DNA of 49,605 bases from Octopus bimaculoides (Eukaryota). Where the stretch lies: contig NC_068985.1 in the NCBI RefSeq assembly GCF_001194135.2, forward strand, positions 85,708,828 through 85,758,432, given 5' to 3'. Position numbers and translations under genes: made by a program. This document shows positions 1-12,701 of this stretch, piece after piece (the first letter of the stretch is position 1; the number at the start of each line of letters is the position of its first letter). Below the pieces are notes generated by a model. The model was given only the letters and a program-made list of their open reading frames with translations. It searched no databases and was not told the DNA's origin.

Positions 1-12
1 TACATATATATG

Positions 13-173
13 AAGGGCTTCTTTCAGTCTCTGTCTACCAAATCCACACACAAGGCTTTGGTCAGCCCAAGGCTATAGTAGAAGACACTTGCCGAAGGTG
101 CCACACAGTGTGACAGAACCCAGAACAATGTGGTTGGTAAGCAAGCATCTTACCACACAGTCACTCCTGCACC
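13..173 (-). mobile_element. SINE-like repeat family B, tRNA-like head portion
   Basis: Shares gggcttctttcagt..accaaatccac.cacaaggctttggtc..gtagaagacacttg..accatgtgg with copies at 2105, 38743 and 46038. Confidence 0.8.
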
Positions 174-445
174 TCAGAAAGCCAAAGTGAAATTCTGTCC
201 ATCCAGGACCCCTGTATCTCAGTCTACATTTGCTCTACATAGACATCTTATACCTTTTTGGAATCAGGATGATCCCAGCATTGAAAAATCTGCCCTTCAT
301 TTGGTTCTTGAACATCCAGCATTGAGATCTGATTTAAAAGCATTTGGGATGTTACTTCTAGCAAGTAAAGTGACCTTATGAGGTAAAAGAATCACCGCCC
401 TTAGCTTTAAGTTTTACTGAGGAATTTAATGGTTCTATATGCTTT

Positions 446-625
446 CTCAGTCATTAGACTATGGCCATGCTGGGGCACCACCTTGAAGAATTTTAATCGA
501 ACAAATTGACATCAGTTCATTCTTTTTTATGCCACTGGTACTGCTAAGTTACATGAATATAAACATAATAACACCAGTTACCAAGTGGTGGTGGGGGAGA
601 AACACACACACACACACACACACAT
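446..625 (-). mobile_element. SINE-like repeat family B, 3' half
   Basis: tcagtcatt.gact.tggccatgctgg.gcacc and gctaagttac..ataaac motifs are shared with 41472 and 46038; ends in (AC)n. Confidence 0.7.
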
Positions 626-828
626 GTATCTTCTATTTAAATATTAAAAGAACTCCCAAAATTTGTGAAGTTATAAGTTTTCCATTTAAACTGAATTTAA
701 AGTAATACCATATTAGTAGGGTCCCAATAAATGCATTACTGTTATCACTCTCTTTGGTTTGGGGCTGCAGGCCCTGTTAGCCCTCCACAAGAGCTAGCTT
801 AAAAGTCCCCACAGAGTGTGGCTTTTAA

Positions 829-1037
829 GTGGTAAGCTGGTAGAATTGTTAGCCTGCTGGACAAAATGCTTAGTGGTATTTTGCCCATTGCTCCTTTCTA
901 AGTTCAAATTCCGTCAAGGTCAACTTTGCCTTTCATCCTTTTGGGTTGATAAATTAAGTACCTGTTGCGTACTGGGGTTGATGTAATCGACTCATCCCCT
1001 CCCCCAAAATGGCTGCCCTTGTGGCAAAATTTGAAAC

Positions 1038-1076
<39 letters not shown>
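829..1076 (+). mobile_element. tRNA-derived SINE family A with (ATT)n tail
   Basis: Head gctgg.agaa.tgttagc, B-box-like agttcaaattcc, central gtcaactttgcctttcatcc..ggttgataaattaagtacc, (ATT)n tail 1038-1076. Homologous to 4280, 24813, 36345 and 39689. Confidence 0.85.
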
Positions 1077-1077
<1 letters not shown>

Positions 1078-1619
1078 AAGGTGTATTGTCAGAATCACCA
1101 TAAATTTTTTTATTGCAGGTAAAAAAAAAAAAGAGGCAGAAGTGAGAATACCTCAGAAGTTGAAAGTAAACAGGATGAGGAGGAGGGAAAAAAGAGGATG
1201 AAGAAAGAAGAATTTAAAAGAGAAGTCATAAGAAAAAAGAAGAAAAAAACTACAGTATAGAAGAAGAAGAAGAAACAATTGTTTCTGTTAAATTCCTAAG
1301 TAAAAATACTTAGTAAAAATATAATCAGTATTTTTTGATCTGGTATTGATTATTAAAGAACATATTATGTTTTTTTACATTCCATTTCTGTTTTTTGGAG
1401 ATGGTGTCAAGAGTAGAAGAACTTATCTAATTTCTTCCATTAATTTCTAACACTGTAAAATCATTAACACACGAGACTCTCTCTCTCTCTCTCTCTCGGT
1501 CGATGTGTCTGCTTTTAGAGTATATTTTTGATAATACTAATATTCGTTTGTTTCAATTAAACTTATTTTTGTATTGTAAAATAATATTTAATTCTGAATA
1601 GAAACCCATTTAATTCTCT

Positions 1620-1621
<2 letters not shown>

Positions 1622-1675
<54 letters not shown>
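1622..1675. repeat. (GT)n microsatellite, one of dozens of GT/CA, TA and GA tracts in the window
   Basis: Seen directly; it produces the spurious CVCV ORFs in the track. Confidence 0.98.
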
Positions 1676-1683
<8 letters not shown>

Positions 1684-2104
1684 TCTCATGATTATACAGT
1701 AAATGTGTTTATACACTCTCTAAGTATGGATGTTTACCATCAATCTTTCATGCCTGTTATTCCCTGCTTGTATCTAACACATGCTTCTATCTTGACACTT
1801 GTCATTCTTTGTCATTTCCATTGTCATGGTCAACGTCCTAAAGCCATCACCTTCCTTCTTCAAATTTCTTCTACTTGGATCTGTTGCCACGCCTCAACCC
1901 AACTTCTCATCCACCACAGGCATCACATGTCCATACCGATTCTATCTTTTCTCTAATAAACTACATTTCTTTCTTTTTTTTCCTTCTTTTCTTTTCAGTT
2001 CATTTATGCTTTATAATTTATGTAGGTATACAAGCATTAAATTCCTGCAGAGCATGTTCTATATATGTGGACATCTTTACATACATACATACATCCATAT
2101 ATAG

Positions 2105-2452
2105 GGGTGAGTGTCTTCTAGTATAGCCTCAGGCTGAACAAAGCCTTGTGAATGGATTTGGTAAATAGAAACTGAAAGAAGCCTGTCGTATGTATATATA
2201 TGTGTGTGTGCACGTGCATGCATGTGTGTGTGTCTTTGTGTCTGCATTTGTCCTCTCACTATCATTTTTAACAACCGATGTTGGTGTGTTTATGTCCCCA
2301 TAACTTAGCAGTTTGGCAAAACAGAGCGATAAAATAAGTACGAGGCTTACAAAGAATAAGTCCTGGGGTTGACTTGTTCGACTAAAACCTCTCAAGGTGG
2401 TGCTCAGCCTGGTCACAGTCAAATGAGTGAAACATGTAAAAGAATAAAACAA
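2105..2452 (+). mobile_element. SINE-like repeat family B, 5'-truncated
   Basis: gtgtcttctagtatagcc..aaagccttgtgaatggatttggt..gaaactgaaagaagcc, internal (GT)n, ataagtac.aggcttacaaagaataagtcctggggttga, tail gaaacatgtaaaagaataaaa. Confidence 0.85.
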
Positions 2453-2472
2453 AATGCACACATGTGTATGTA

Positions 2473-2720
2473 TCATCATCATCATCATCATTGTCATCAG
2501 CATCATCAATGTTTAACATCCGCCTTCCATGCTAGGATGGGTGGGACGGCCCCACAAGAGCCAGCCAGGCTAAATCTTTCACCAGACTTCTGTGACTGTT
2601 TTGGCAAGATTTTTACAGCTGGATGCTTTTCCTAACACCAACCACTTAGCACAGGCAAAGTCAGTTTTGGCAAGGTTTTTACGGCTGGATGCCCTTCCAA
2701 ACACTAACCACTTTACAGTA
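2473..2720 (-). mobile_element. Repeat family C (RTE-type 3' tail with (GAT)n), with a local duplication of the ctggatgc..cttcc..ac.aaccac block
   Basis: Reverse complement matches 34540-34708 (ggttggcattaggaagggcatccagctgtag ... ccaac.c.tgctagcatg.aaagc.gac.ttaaac(gat)n). Confidence 0.75.
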
Positions 2721-2891
2721 TGGCCTTTTACCCTGAGGATGTGTAAGGAAATTTATTTAACTTGAATTAAGAGTTGAATTTGACCTTATACAGAAATGTT
2801 TACATTGGTAATAAATTTTTAATATATATGGATATTAGTGTCAAAGCTCTTTTTAAAATTATATATATGTATATCTATATCTATCTATCTA

Positions 2892-2927
<36 letters not shown>

Positions 2928-3579
2928 CACTCCACACTTGTTCAACACTCGCTGCATTCACCTCTTCCCCAATATTTAACCATTTGTTACTTCCCCCGAC
3001 TGATGTCTGTATTACTTCTTGCTTTATGAGGCTTTTGTTCTGGTAATCTATCGCTACCATCCTATCTTTTTCTCCAGATAGTTCCATCTGCCTCCGCTCA
3101 TCTGTGGTATAAAATATCCTCTCCATCCTCTCAAATATGGGGGTCTTATACAGAAGGGGTCTTTTCCTTTTACATGTGCTTTCCAGCACCTTAACTCAAC
3201 ACTTTGCACACCATCATAAAGTTCCCTTTCCTGGCCACTGACATCTATTAACAGTCACATTCTGGTTGAATAAATCACAGTAGCAATGATGAATAAACAA
3301 ACATGGTTGTGAAACACTGCAAGTTTTTCACCATAAAATTCAGAGCTTGCCTATAAACTGTTTGCACGTATATATTTTTACTTACAAACACACACACACA
3401 TGACAAGTCTAACACCAGAAGCATAAAGCTTTAATAATCCAATAACTCAACCTAGATTCCTTCAGGTGCATTAACACAAAACCTCTTTAAACATAAAATG
3501 TCGTTGAATATTTATTAACCAAACGAAACAAGGATGAAATAAATTTGTTATTGATTATTTATTGCCAGCCCCTAATATT

Positions 3580-3758
3580 GCTGTTGTTGTTGCTGAGTGC
3601 CAAATTGGCTTAGACTGAATAGACTTCTAAAATGAAAGTCATTCTAATTATGATCACTCAATTTAATTTGTTGGACATTGCTTGGTCCAATATGTTCTAG
3701 TCTAAGATGGACGGGTATGACTTGAGGGAGATTTACCTGCTATTTCTAGCAGGTTGAG
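3580..3758 (+). mobile_element. Dispersed repeat family E, decayed
   Basis: End motif tgagggagattt..ctgctatttctagcaggttgag recurs at 32790-32828, 36180-36220, 49030-49060 and inverted at 27232-27260. Confidence 0.55.
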
Positions 3759-4279
3759 TTACTTTGTAAGGTTTTCTCTGTTGATTCTCTCTAAATAATG
3801 TTGTTGTTCTTTGAGTGTGCATGTGTGTGTGTGTGTGTTTGCGTGTGTGTGTGTCCCCGTGTGTGTGTGTGTGTGTGTGTATATATAGGTACTTTTTGTA
3901 TGTATGTGTGTGTATATTTGCATCTCCTCTTGAAATTGTGTAAAAGTTGTAAATGAGTATCCCTGTTATATAAGCTGTGACGTTCATTTCTAATATTCTT
4001 CAAATACACATCTAGTCATAAAGAAATATCTTGCTTGGAAACACGAGTGGACAGGAAGGGCATCTAGTCATAGAAAATTTGCATCAATAAACTCCATCGC
4101 AGCAATACATGTGTGGGAAAATGGACATTAAAATGGACTTTTGGATTACAGACCAGCTTTTACAAAGTTTCTCTAATTCACTCACAAAAGGTGAGTGAAT
4201 GAGAGAGATGGAAGCTGAAGACTTTATGATTGCAAAGTTCACATCTTAATCATTCAGCCTTATTGCCCTTAGAATATTG

Positions 4280-4478
4280 GTTTCAAATTTTAGCACAAGG
4301 CCAGCAAGTTTGGGGCTGAAATTAAGTTGATTACATCGACCCCCAATCTTCAACTGGTACTTATTTTATCGACCCCAAAAGGAGGAAAGGCAAAGTTGAC
4401 CTCAGCAACATTTGAACTCAGAATGTAAAGACAGATGAAATGCCACTGACATTCTAACGATTCTGCCAGCGTGGTGCC
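4280..4478 (-). mobile_element. SINE family A flanked by a 19-bp target-site duplication
   Basis: Family A motifs on the minus strand. Flanks tattgcccttagaatattg (4261-4279) and tattgcccctataatattg (4479-4497) are 17/19 identical. Confidence 0.85.
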
Positions 4479-5378
4479 TATTGCCCCTATAATATTGCAC
4501 CATGTATTTATTCTCTTAACATTTACTGGAATAGGGATTTTGCTGCTCAGTGTCCTTCAGCCCTTATACCAAGGAAACAGTATTGGAATTGTGGATGTAA
4601 AAGTTGACACTTTAACCAATCATTGTATGTCATGTTGAAGAGATATGCCAGACAAAGGAATCCTTGTTGTTGGTTTACATCAAAGAAGCTGTCACATCAA
4701 AAGATATCCCAGTAAGTAGCCAGTGGTGGGTAGGAGTGGGAGGGCAAATATTGAGTGGCTGAGATGATCTTAAGGCAGATTTATTTATCAAAGTATTAAA
4801 ATAATCAAACACAGGGATGATCAATTGTTGATAAAAATTCCATTAAGAGTTTCTTTAATATTGTAGATTACAATTGAAAAGACAAATGTGCCACTGAAGT
4901 TGGCAGAAGAAGAATTCTCTCTGAAAGTCACTATTGCCAACAGTTAAAGATTGGTAAAATTAAATTATAACCTTCATGTCTATGAGGAATAGAAATGGAA
5001 ATATAAAGAAGAATTATTAGAACAACTGGCTTCTAATTAAGCATCAAATAAAATGCTTTAATGAGTTCGTGAAACGGGGAAGAGTGCTAACCCTGTCATT
5101 TTTGCCAAGACTCCAAAACTAATGCAAGAATGAAGAAGAACGAAACCACTTAGCTCTGGTTTATTCTCTGATTGGAGATCTGATCTGAAATCTTAGAACA
5201 GTGTTGATTCCATTAATGGCACCAATCAGGTGCTGGCCAGGTGGTTGTGTTTTGTCAAGTTCTGTCACCCAAGAAAGCATACAGTCAATTTTACCAAATT
5301 GCATTGGTAAGGAACTGGCCAACCCAGAGCCATGTAGCGGTACTAAATCTGGAACCACATGGTTGGTGGGTGAATTCC

Positions 5379-5431
<53 letters not shown>

Positions 5432-5559
5432 TGTGTAACATCATCATTATCATTTACATCTCTTTTCACTTGTCAGTACTTGAGCAAAATGGTGATGCTG
5501 ACTTCCCTTGTTGATAACATGTATTGTTGCTTTGTACATTCAGAATCCTCTGGAATAAA

Positions 5560-5670
5560 CAGATAATAAAGGTTGGCAACAGGAAGGGCATCCAACTGTA
5601 AAATGCCGCCTCAAATATGTCTCTATCTAACCCATACCAACAAAGAAAATCAAATGTAAAAATAATAAAC
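5560..5670 (+). mobile_element. Family C 3' tail fragment
   Basis: ggttggcaacaggaagggcatccaactgtaaaa..ctaacccatacc..gaaaa. Confidence 0.6.
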
Positions 5671-7399
5671 AATTACAGAGGCTGAATAACTGCAAGGATA
5701 AAAGCAAAACAAAATGGGACACTTTAAATGAAATTTCTTGTGATATTTGTTCTGCAATCAGTTATAGATACTCCCTTGGTACACTCACTGTTATGAAAAC
5801 AGTAATCTAAATTATTTCCCGACTGAATATCTGTAACCAAAAACACTGTTGTTCAGCAATTGTGATATGAAATACAAGCAAAAACAGGTTTTTTTTGTCA
5901 ATGAAGTAAAACAAACCTACAAAAGTTATTCACCTTTTTCATAAAAAATAGTGATTTAAGTTATTTCAACCTACAACATTTTGGGATAAATATTTTCCAT
6001 AATCAAATGTAAATCAAAGAAAATTAAATCAACATTTATATTTGATCAAACTTCGAATTAAGTTAGAATGCATTTATTGAATATCATAAAAAAAAAAAAA
6101 ATTTTTAAATCAAGCTTATGTAGAGAGAGATTTTACTAAATCCCATTCTTGGTAAAATGGCAAAGAAATTTTACAATCTTTAAAATTCTTTAAACATTTA
6201 TTTGATTATCTAAATATTGTGGAAGACAGGAATACATTTAAGAGGCTTTAGAAAGAGGTTTGTAGATGTCTTCATAGCAGTGATACAGTGATAAATGAAA
6301 TGGAAGAAAAACAAGCAGAGGAAAACTGAAGAATTATTGGAATCCAAAGAAGGAAGCCAAAGAGGTAATTATTGCTGGCAGGACAAGAAATATTTTGGAA
6401 AGACAGTAACAAAGAAACGATGTAAAGTTCCATGACAATTAAAAGCAATTTAAGAAGAAAAATGAGTGTAGATTATACTGAGCTGAATATAAATCAAAAT
6501 TAAGAAACGGAAATAAGAGAAAAAAAAAGGTAAGTCGGGGGCTTTCAGATTGTTTAGGAGAAGCATTCAACAAATAACAGAGTTGGATGGACGTGTATTG
6601 CAAGTTAACCCTTGAAGAAGAAGAATTACAAAAAAAAAAGGGGCTGTTGTTAGATAAGTACAGAGTGAAAATAGTTATGTAAAATTTTGAATTAAGATAA
6701 AATGTAGAGATAGAGGATAAAATGAATGATAGAATGTGGGAGAGAAGAGAAAGAATAAAGAGTGAAAGAGATTGCCAGTTGCCAAAACATGAGGATATTA
6801 GAAGGGATTAATGAGGAATGAAGAAATAACAAAGGAAAGAATTGTAAGATGAGAGAGAGAGCGAGGAGAAGGTGTGTGTGTGTGAGATGCATATAAATTA
6901 ATGAATGTGGAGTTAGAAATGAAATAAAGTAGCCTTAAAGTACAGCAATGTAAGTTCAACATTGGCATTTGAATGGAGACCTGCAGGTGAACAGTCCAAT
7001 TAGCAAGAAAAAGTATGATCCAACCCTTTAACTTGTGAATGTCTTGAGATACAAGTTCGAGCTGGAGAAAATTGGTCTGAAACACTGCATTAAATTGACC
7101 AAAGAGCGGCTATAAAAATCAAAATATATCATTGAATGCATTACTTCTGAAGAGAGCATTTGATCAACGAAGCTGTTAAAATATAAATGACAAAGTTCCA
7201 GAGTGACATGATGGAAAGTGGAGGCGGGAAAACACGGATAAGAAATGCTGTGAACTTTGTTCTTTAATCTCTAATCTTGCAGTTGCTGTCATCACTGTCA
7301 TCATTTGCATCATGATTGATTTCATTCATGCTCACCTTGTTGGCTAAAATGGAATGTGCTTACAGAACACACACACACACACACACATACATACACACA

Positions 7400-7448
<49 letters not shown>

Positions 7449-7756
7449 ACACATACACCAAACTGTAAACATACACACATAAAAACACACACGCACTCAC
7501 ACAGATGCAGGGAGACATAGAAGCCGAATTTATTGAGTGTTAAGCTCCTGGCTGAAGGTTCAGGGTTTTATTTTCTGGCATCAGAGTTGGTTCTGTGTTT
7601 ATTTAAAAGACTTTCTAGTTGTTTGTCAGCAAAGATGTCAACAGTTATTCAGTTTCAGGTTCAATACTTGGTTGTCACTTATTCTCGTTGGTCATCAATA
7701 GATCCATTGACTTCTTGCACTGTTAATAGTTGACTATTCCCTAGATATGTGTGTCC

Positions 7757-7940
7757 TATCCAGCCCAAGTGTTCAACCTGTTTTATGTTCAAACCAGCCA
7801 AATCTGACCTCTCACCCCTAACCTACAATGTCATTGAAACCTCAAAGCTATGAAATAAAGGATGATCAATTCAAAATATTGTAAATGAATGAGCATAACA
7901 TTTGAGAGAGTAAGCTCAATGCTAAAGTGCTAAAGGTAAC
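7757..7940. mobile_element. Short non-autonomous DNA-transposon-like MITE fragment (right end)
   Basis: Internal sequence is homologous to 17412-17500. Its end aatgctaaag (7918-7927) is the reverse complement of the ctttagcatt start of the 17397 copy, implying TIRs. Confidence 0.5.
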
Positions 7941-9096
7941 TGTCAGGCAGAATTAACATGATGTGACACTTGTGATGATACTGCTCCATCGGATGGTTAA
8001 ATTATGGGTTTTGACACCCAGAAAGAATGAGTGAACTCAGCAGTTTCATCTCTATTGAGAGTCTCATCAAGAATCCCATCTCAGATTGTCAGAATAAACT
8101 AACGTACAACCCCTTCCAAACACAACATTATACCAGGTATATACAGCCAGCCATCACCTGTGAATGAATATGGCTTGCCAACATGCATCAGGTAATGCAA
8201 TAGATATAAGAACCAAAAAGTACAAAAGACAATTTCCTGGTTATTAGTGACTACAGAATCAGTAGAGTGAACCTTGTAAGGAAAAAAAAATGTATGAGAA
8301 GCCATAACTAAGTGGGTTTTATTGATCCCTGCATCCATGGCCTTCACAGATGTTGTAAAACCAATAAGCTCTTGAACAATGAGCATACTAACTCACAGAT
8401 ACAAAATTTTAAAAAATAATGTGCAAGAAAATCCAAGAGAATTGGCATTTTGGGAAAGAAGAATTGGATATAATGATTGGAGTTGGACTTGAGGTGTAGG
8501 AATGAGAATTCAGTAAGGGTGATGAAACATGGAAGGGAGATATGATCCAGGAGTGCCAGGGTTGAAGCGGTGAGGGATTAGCCAGCTCTAAGAGACAGAA
8601 ACCAATGCAATAGACTAAGAAGACAGAATGTCTTGAGATGAAAGCCTGGAATGTGATAAGGAGTGACTTCATATCATTCATTTAAATAAAGTCAAATGAA
8701 ATGAGTTAAATAAAAATTATGCATTATTGCAAAACTTAAATAAATATAATTGATAATGAATATTTGCAGCAAAATAGCAAAGTTGTAAAAGCCCCAAAAT
8801 TGAAGTTTTCTTTAGAATGTCCTTTTGAAGAGATATTTCATTATCAATTCTATTTATAAGACATATTCTCTAACTTGAAAGATTTCTGCCAAAACTGAGA
8901 TGTTTTGGTTTTCATCCTCAACAATATGGACTAAAGTATGAAATTTAAGAAGAATTAAATGAAGCCAAATACTTCACATTCCCTACAGTATGTAAATGGT
9001 GTCATATAGGTTGCCACTGTCATCATCATCATCATCATCATCATACGTATGCTTAGCGATGGTGATGATGATGATGATAATTTAGATGTTATATAT

Positions 9097-9290
9097 CATC
9101 ATCATCATCATCAGTTAACATCCATTTTCCAAGCTGGCATCAGTTTGCCAGGATCAGAAAAGCTACAGGATCACATTGAGCATAATTCTATGGCTGGATA
9201 CCCTTCTTAATACCAACCACTTTTCAGGGAGCACTGGGTGCCTTTTTATGTGGCACCAGCATCAGTGAGGTCACCAAGTAACTTGCAAGA
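9097..9290 (-). mobile_element. Family C fragment
   Basis: (cat)n-gttaacatcc.ttttcca.gctggca ... ggctggata.ccttc.taataccaaccact ... gggtgcctttttatgtggcaccagc. Confidence 0.7.
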
Positions 9291-9919
9291 CTAAAAGAAA
9301 AAGGGAAAAAGCTGTCCTCAATTATGTGTATGTGGGGTGGATGGTAGTAATACTTCAGAGGGGTTGGGGGCGATGACATGCCAGAGCATACACACACACA
9401 CATGCACAACACCACCACCACCACCAGTAACACATGGTTGGGAAAGAAACAAACTAACAGACAGTCACACCTGCTGTAGAAAATGATATTTGAAATGGTT
9501 TAGGATTTCTTTGTAAAGTTAGAGAAGAACTTCTGGTAATTAGTTCAAAGTAAGCGAGATAAAGATTAAAATGGCTCTGCATTGTTCACAAAGCTTGCTT
9601 ATTATGATTGACCATTAATGATGAGACAGGGAGGGGGGGGACAATATTGTATTTTGGAGTTTGTCTCACACACACACACACACACGCACAAAGACACAAA
9701 GCTACACATACAAAAAGCACTCACTTGAAGGGAAACACAGAGACACATGCAATCAATTACACACACACACACACACTCACACACACACTCACACATGTAT
9801 GCATATTCAGGTTTGCATTCCTGAAGACTCACAGACTTTAGATTGTTTCAAAGAATAAAACACAAATTTGTCTGACAGGTAAAGCTTTCAGCGAAGATTA
9901 TTTTAACAACTATATATGC

Positions 9920-9975
<56 letters not shown>

Positions 9976-10783
9976 TATGTGTGTGTGCATGTATATTGTG
10001 TGTGTGAATGCCTGTGTCTATGTTTACATTTATTCCTCTCTAAAATAACCAATATTTCTTATGCTGTGCCCCTTTATGCGTCAGAACTTAGCAGTTCAGC
10101 AATCAGAGATTGCTAAAATAAGTACTGCTTGTGCTGGTGGGGGTCTTCATGCTTGGCTGAATCATTCATAGACGATGGAGTCGCAACAACTGAAACCATT
10201 GAAAAAGAATACAACAATGGTCCAACGTAGAAGAGAAACCTAATTTGAATATGCACCAAGACTCCCTCAACACACACACACACACATAAAAAGGATTCAC
10301 ACGCCACACACACGTACAAACATACATACATACACCCCACACACGTTCATATATACATACTCACACACACACATGGACATACACATATACACCCCCACAC
10401 ACGTACACACACAACACACACAAAGCCAGCTGTCAAGAATTTCACTGCTGTTCTTGAGAAGTGATTCTCTGGTGTCTCCAATTAAGTAACTTCAGCATGT
10501 TACTAACCAAACTTGTGAAGACTCCAATAGTTCTTTAATATATATTGAGGTAGTTTATTCAGTGATACACTGAATACTGAAATGTTAACAACAACATTAA
10601 TTGTATTTCATTAATGATAATGCTTTTTATATTGACATTCCCCACCCTGGGCCCATACATATCTGGAATGTGATGACAAAGGTAAAATGATTCCGTTTCA
10701 TATATATATGTATACAGGATTTTTTTTATACAAAACAAAGAGAAATAATCATGGGCGTCTGCTGCAAAGGTAGCATAAGGATT

Positions 10784-10852
10784 CTGAATAGGGGTACCCC
10801 ATGACCCTGAACAAGGGTACCCCATAACTCTGAATAAAGGTAACCCATGGCT
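10784..10852. repeat. 23-bp minisatellite, 3 copies plus decayed flanking partials, with a GGGGTACCCC palindromic core
   Basis: Units ctgaataggggtaccccatgacc / ctgaacaagggtaccccataact / ctgaataaaggtaacccatggct. Confidence 0.85.
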
Positions 10853-11067
10853 CTGACTACCTTTTGCATCAATGAGTTTATCTAAAATGAGTTCTGCAAA
10901 ATATTGTAAACATTTTCAGTTGTAGTTGATTTGTGACAAAACCAGCCCCTCTTTAAGTCCCCTTTACCTGTTGATAGACCATCAATGGCACCCTCATTGC
11001 CTTGCATTTGTCCCCTCTCCAGTAAACACATTATTTGCTTCTTTGACCTTTCATTAAAGTAAATAAA

Positions 11068-11343
11068 ATAGGGTACACCAAGCATCACCACCATATGTGC
11101 ATGACATGGTGATCTCATATCAAGATAAACAGTGCATTATTAAAACCCCAAAGAATTCCTCTCAACACATGCCTATGATGTTCCCCAAACTACTTCTGCT
11201 CATGATCAGAGATGCACATATCGTCAGCTACCAAGGGACATGCTCAACTGGTTATGGTCAAGCAAATGAGAAGCAAATCAGTGATATTGAGCAGAATATT
11301 TGCTGGAGCCCATCTTTTACATTATTATTATTATTATTATTAT
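11068..11343 (+). mobile_element. Dispersed repeat family D, internally deleted copy with (TTA)n tail
   Basis: Colinear with 25413-25763 (catggt.atctcatatcaagataaacagtgca; ccccaaagaattcctctcaacacatg; gatcagagatgcacatatcgtcagc; gagcagaatatt). Confidence 0.85.
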
Positions 11344-11695
11344 ATGTTTGACTTTTGTTTTGTATTTGTACAAGTTGACTCCAAGTCTCACCCAGAGACC
11401 CCAAGAGACAAGTTAGAAGTTGAAGTTGGTGTTATGCCTAGGGTGTCATATATTTGGTTTTGCATGTAGTATTGTTCTAGGAAAAGTTTATTATTATTAT
11501 TATCATTATTATTAAGATTGCTGCATTTATTTAACCCTAGGTCAATCCTGGTTGAACAAACCTATGATCAAAGGTATGTAGAAGTTCCCTCAACTGCAGT
11601 CAATTAATGGTGCAGCAGAATATGGAATGATGAAATTCGATCTGAGCAAGTTTTAAACACAGAAACCCTCTTAAACCAACCTGAATACAACAAGC

Positions 11696-11732
<37 letters not shown>

Positions 11733-12701
11733 CTTCATTTATAGCAATGCACAGCAATGATTGCCAATGTAAACAAGAATGGAAATAATAAAGACGCAAA
11801 AAAAAGCTACAAAAAAAAAAGAACAGAAAAAAGTCAGAAACTCATAAAGCCAAACTGTAATGGATTAAACTTTACATAGAGAGGAGGAAAATAACAAAAA
11901 AGAACAAAAAGAAACACTGCCACCGAGAACAAGAATAAAAACCTATCTTTACAAAATATTCCTATATCAATACATACACACACACACACACACCCACACA
12001 CATGTTGTATAAGTGAAATTGCCAATCAAATACAATCAACTTATGTATGAATAAACTTTGTAAATAATGCAAGGATATAAAAGTGTATTTTTTCAAGGAT
12101 AAGTATGGTTGATCAATTTAACCATAGCATATTACTGGTATTTATTTTATTACCCCCTTCCTTCCCTGGACACACAAACAAACATAGAGTGTTTGGAGGA
12201 TGGGTAAAGGGCATGTCGAGAGATGTGAGATATGGAATAAGAATGGCTTACAGATGTAAACATTCCCACCCAGCGATTGGTCAATAAAGTTTGGAAGAAC
12301 AACAAATGAGTTACTATTTACAGGTTTTGGCTGTCAGAGTGTAAACAGACGAACTCTGCTCTCCTCTACACAGGAAAATAAAATAATGACAAAAAAACAA
12401 AAGAAATGATGATAAAATAAAACAAGCTAAGGATATTGAACATGAGGAACAGGATAACTTTAATTAATCAAGGCTGTACGCATATGGAGGTAAACATTGT
12501 TGAATAATGATCAATTCAACCAAACAATAACAAAGGGAGACAACTCAATATAAAGAGATAAATATTTTTTAAATACCTTTTGGGTATTTAAGGATATTTT
12601 GATTAACAAATGGTGTAATGGTTCAAACTTTGCTTCACAATATCTTGGGTTAGTACATTATTTACATTTGACGGATATTTGTCCTCATCTTGTTTCTTGT
12701 T

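Noticed and set aside
1100-1125. Plus-strand ttttttattgcag|gtaaaa as a recursive site
   Set aside because: Short pyrimidine tract and a weak donor that runs into a poly-A tract.
4867-4947. Plus-strand exon ITIEKTNVPLKLAEEEFSLKVTIANS* after ttgtag
   Set aside because: Only 26 codons, with no good donor before the stop and no recognised homology; compatible with chance.
6240-8690. Purine-rich stretches (6240-7250, 8000-8690; also 18890-19180 and 49180-49370) as LINE remnants
   Set aside because: Probably ancient LINE debris, but I could not recover a diagnostic motif, so they are not called.
9021-9078. (CAT)n..(GAT)n hairpin
   Set aside because: Short, and opposing triplet tails are common in this window.
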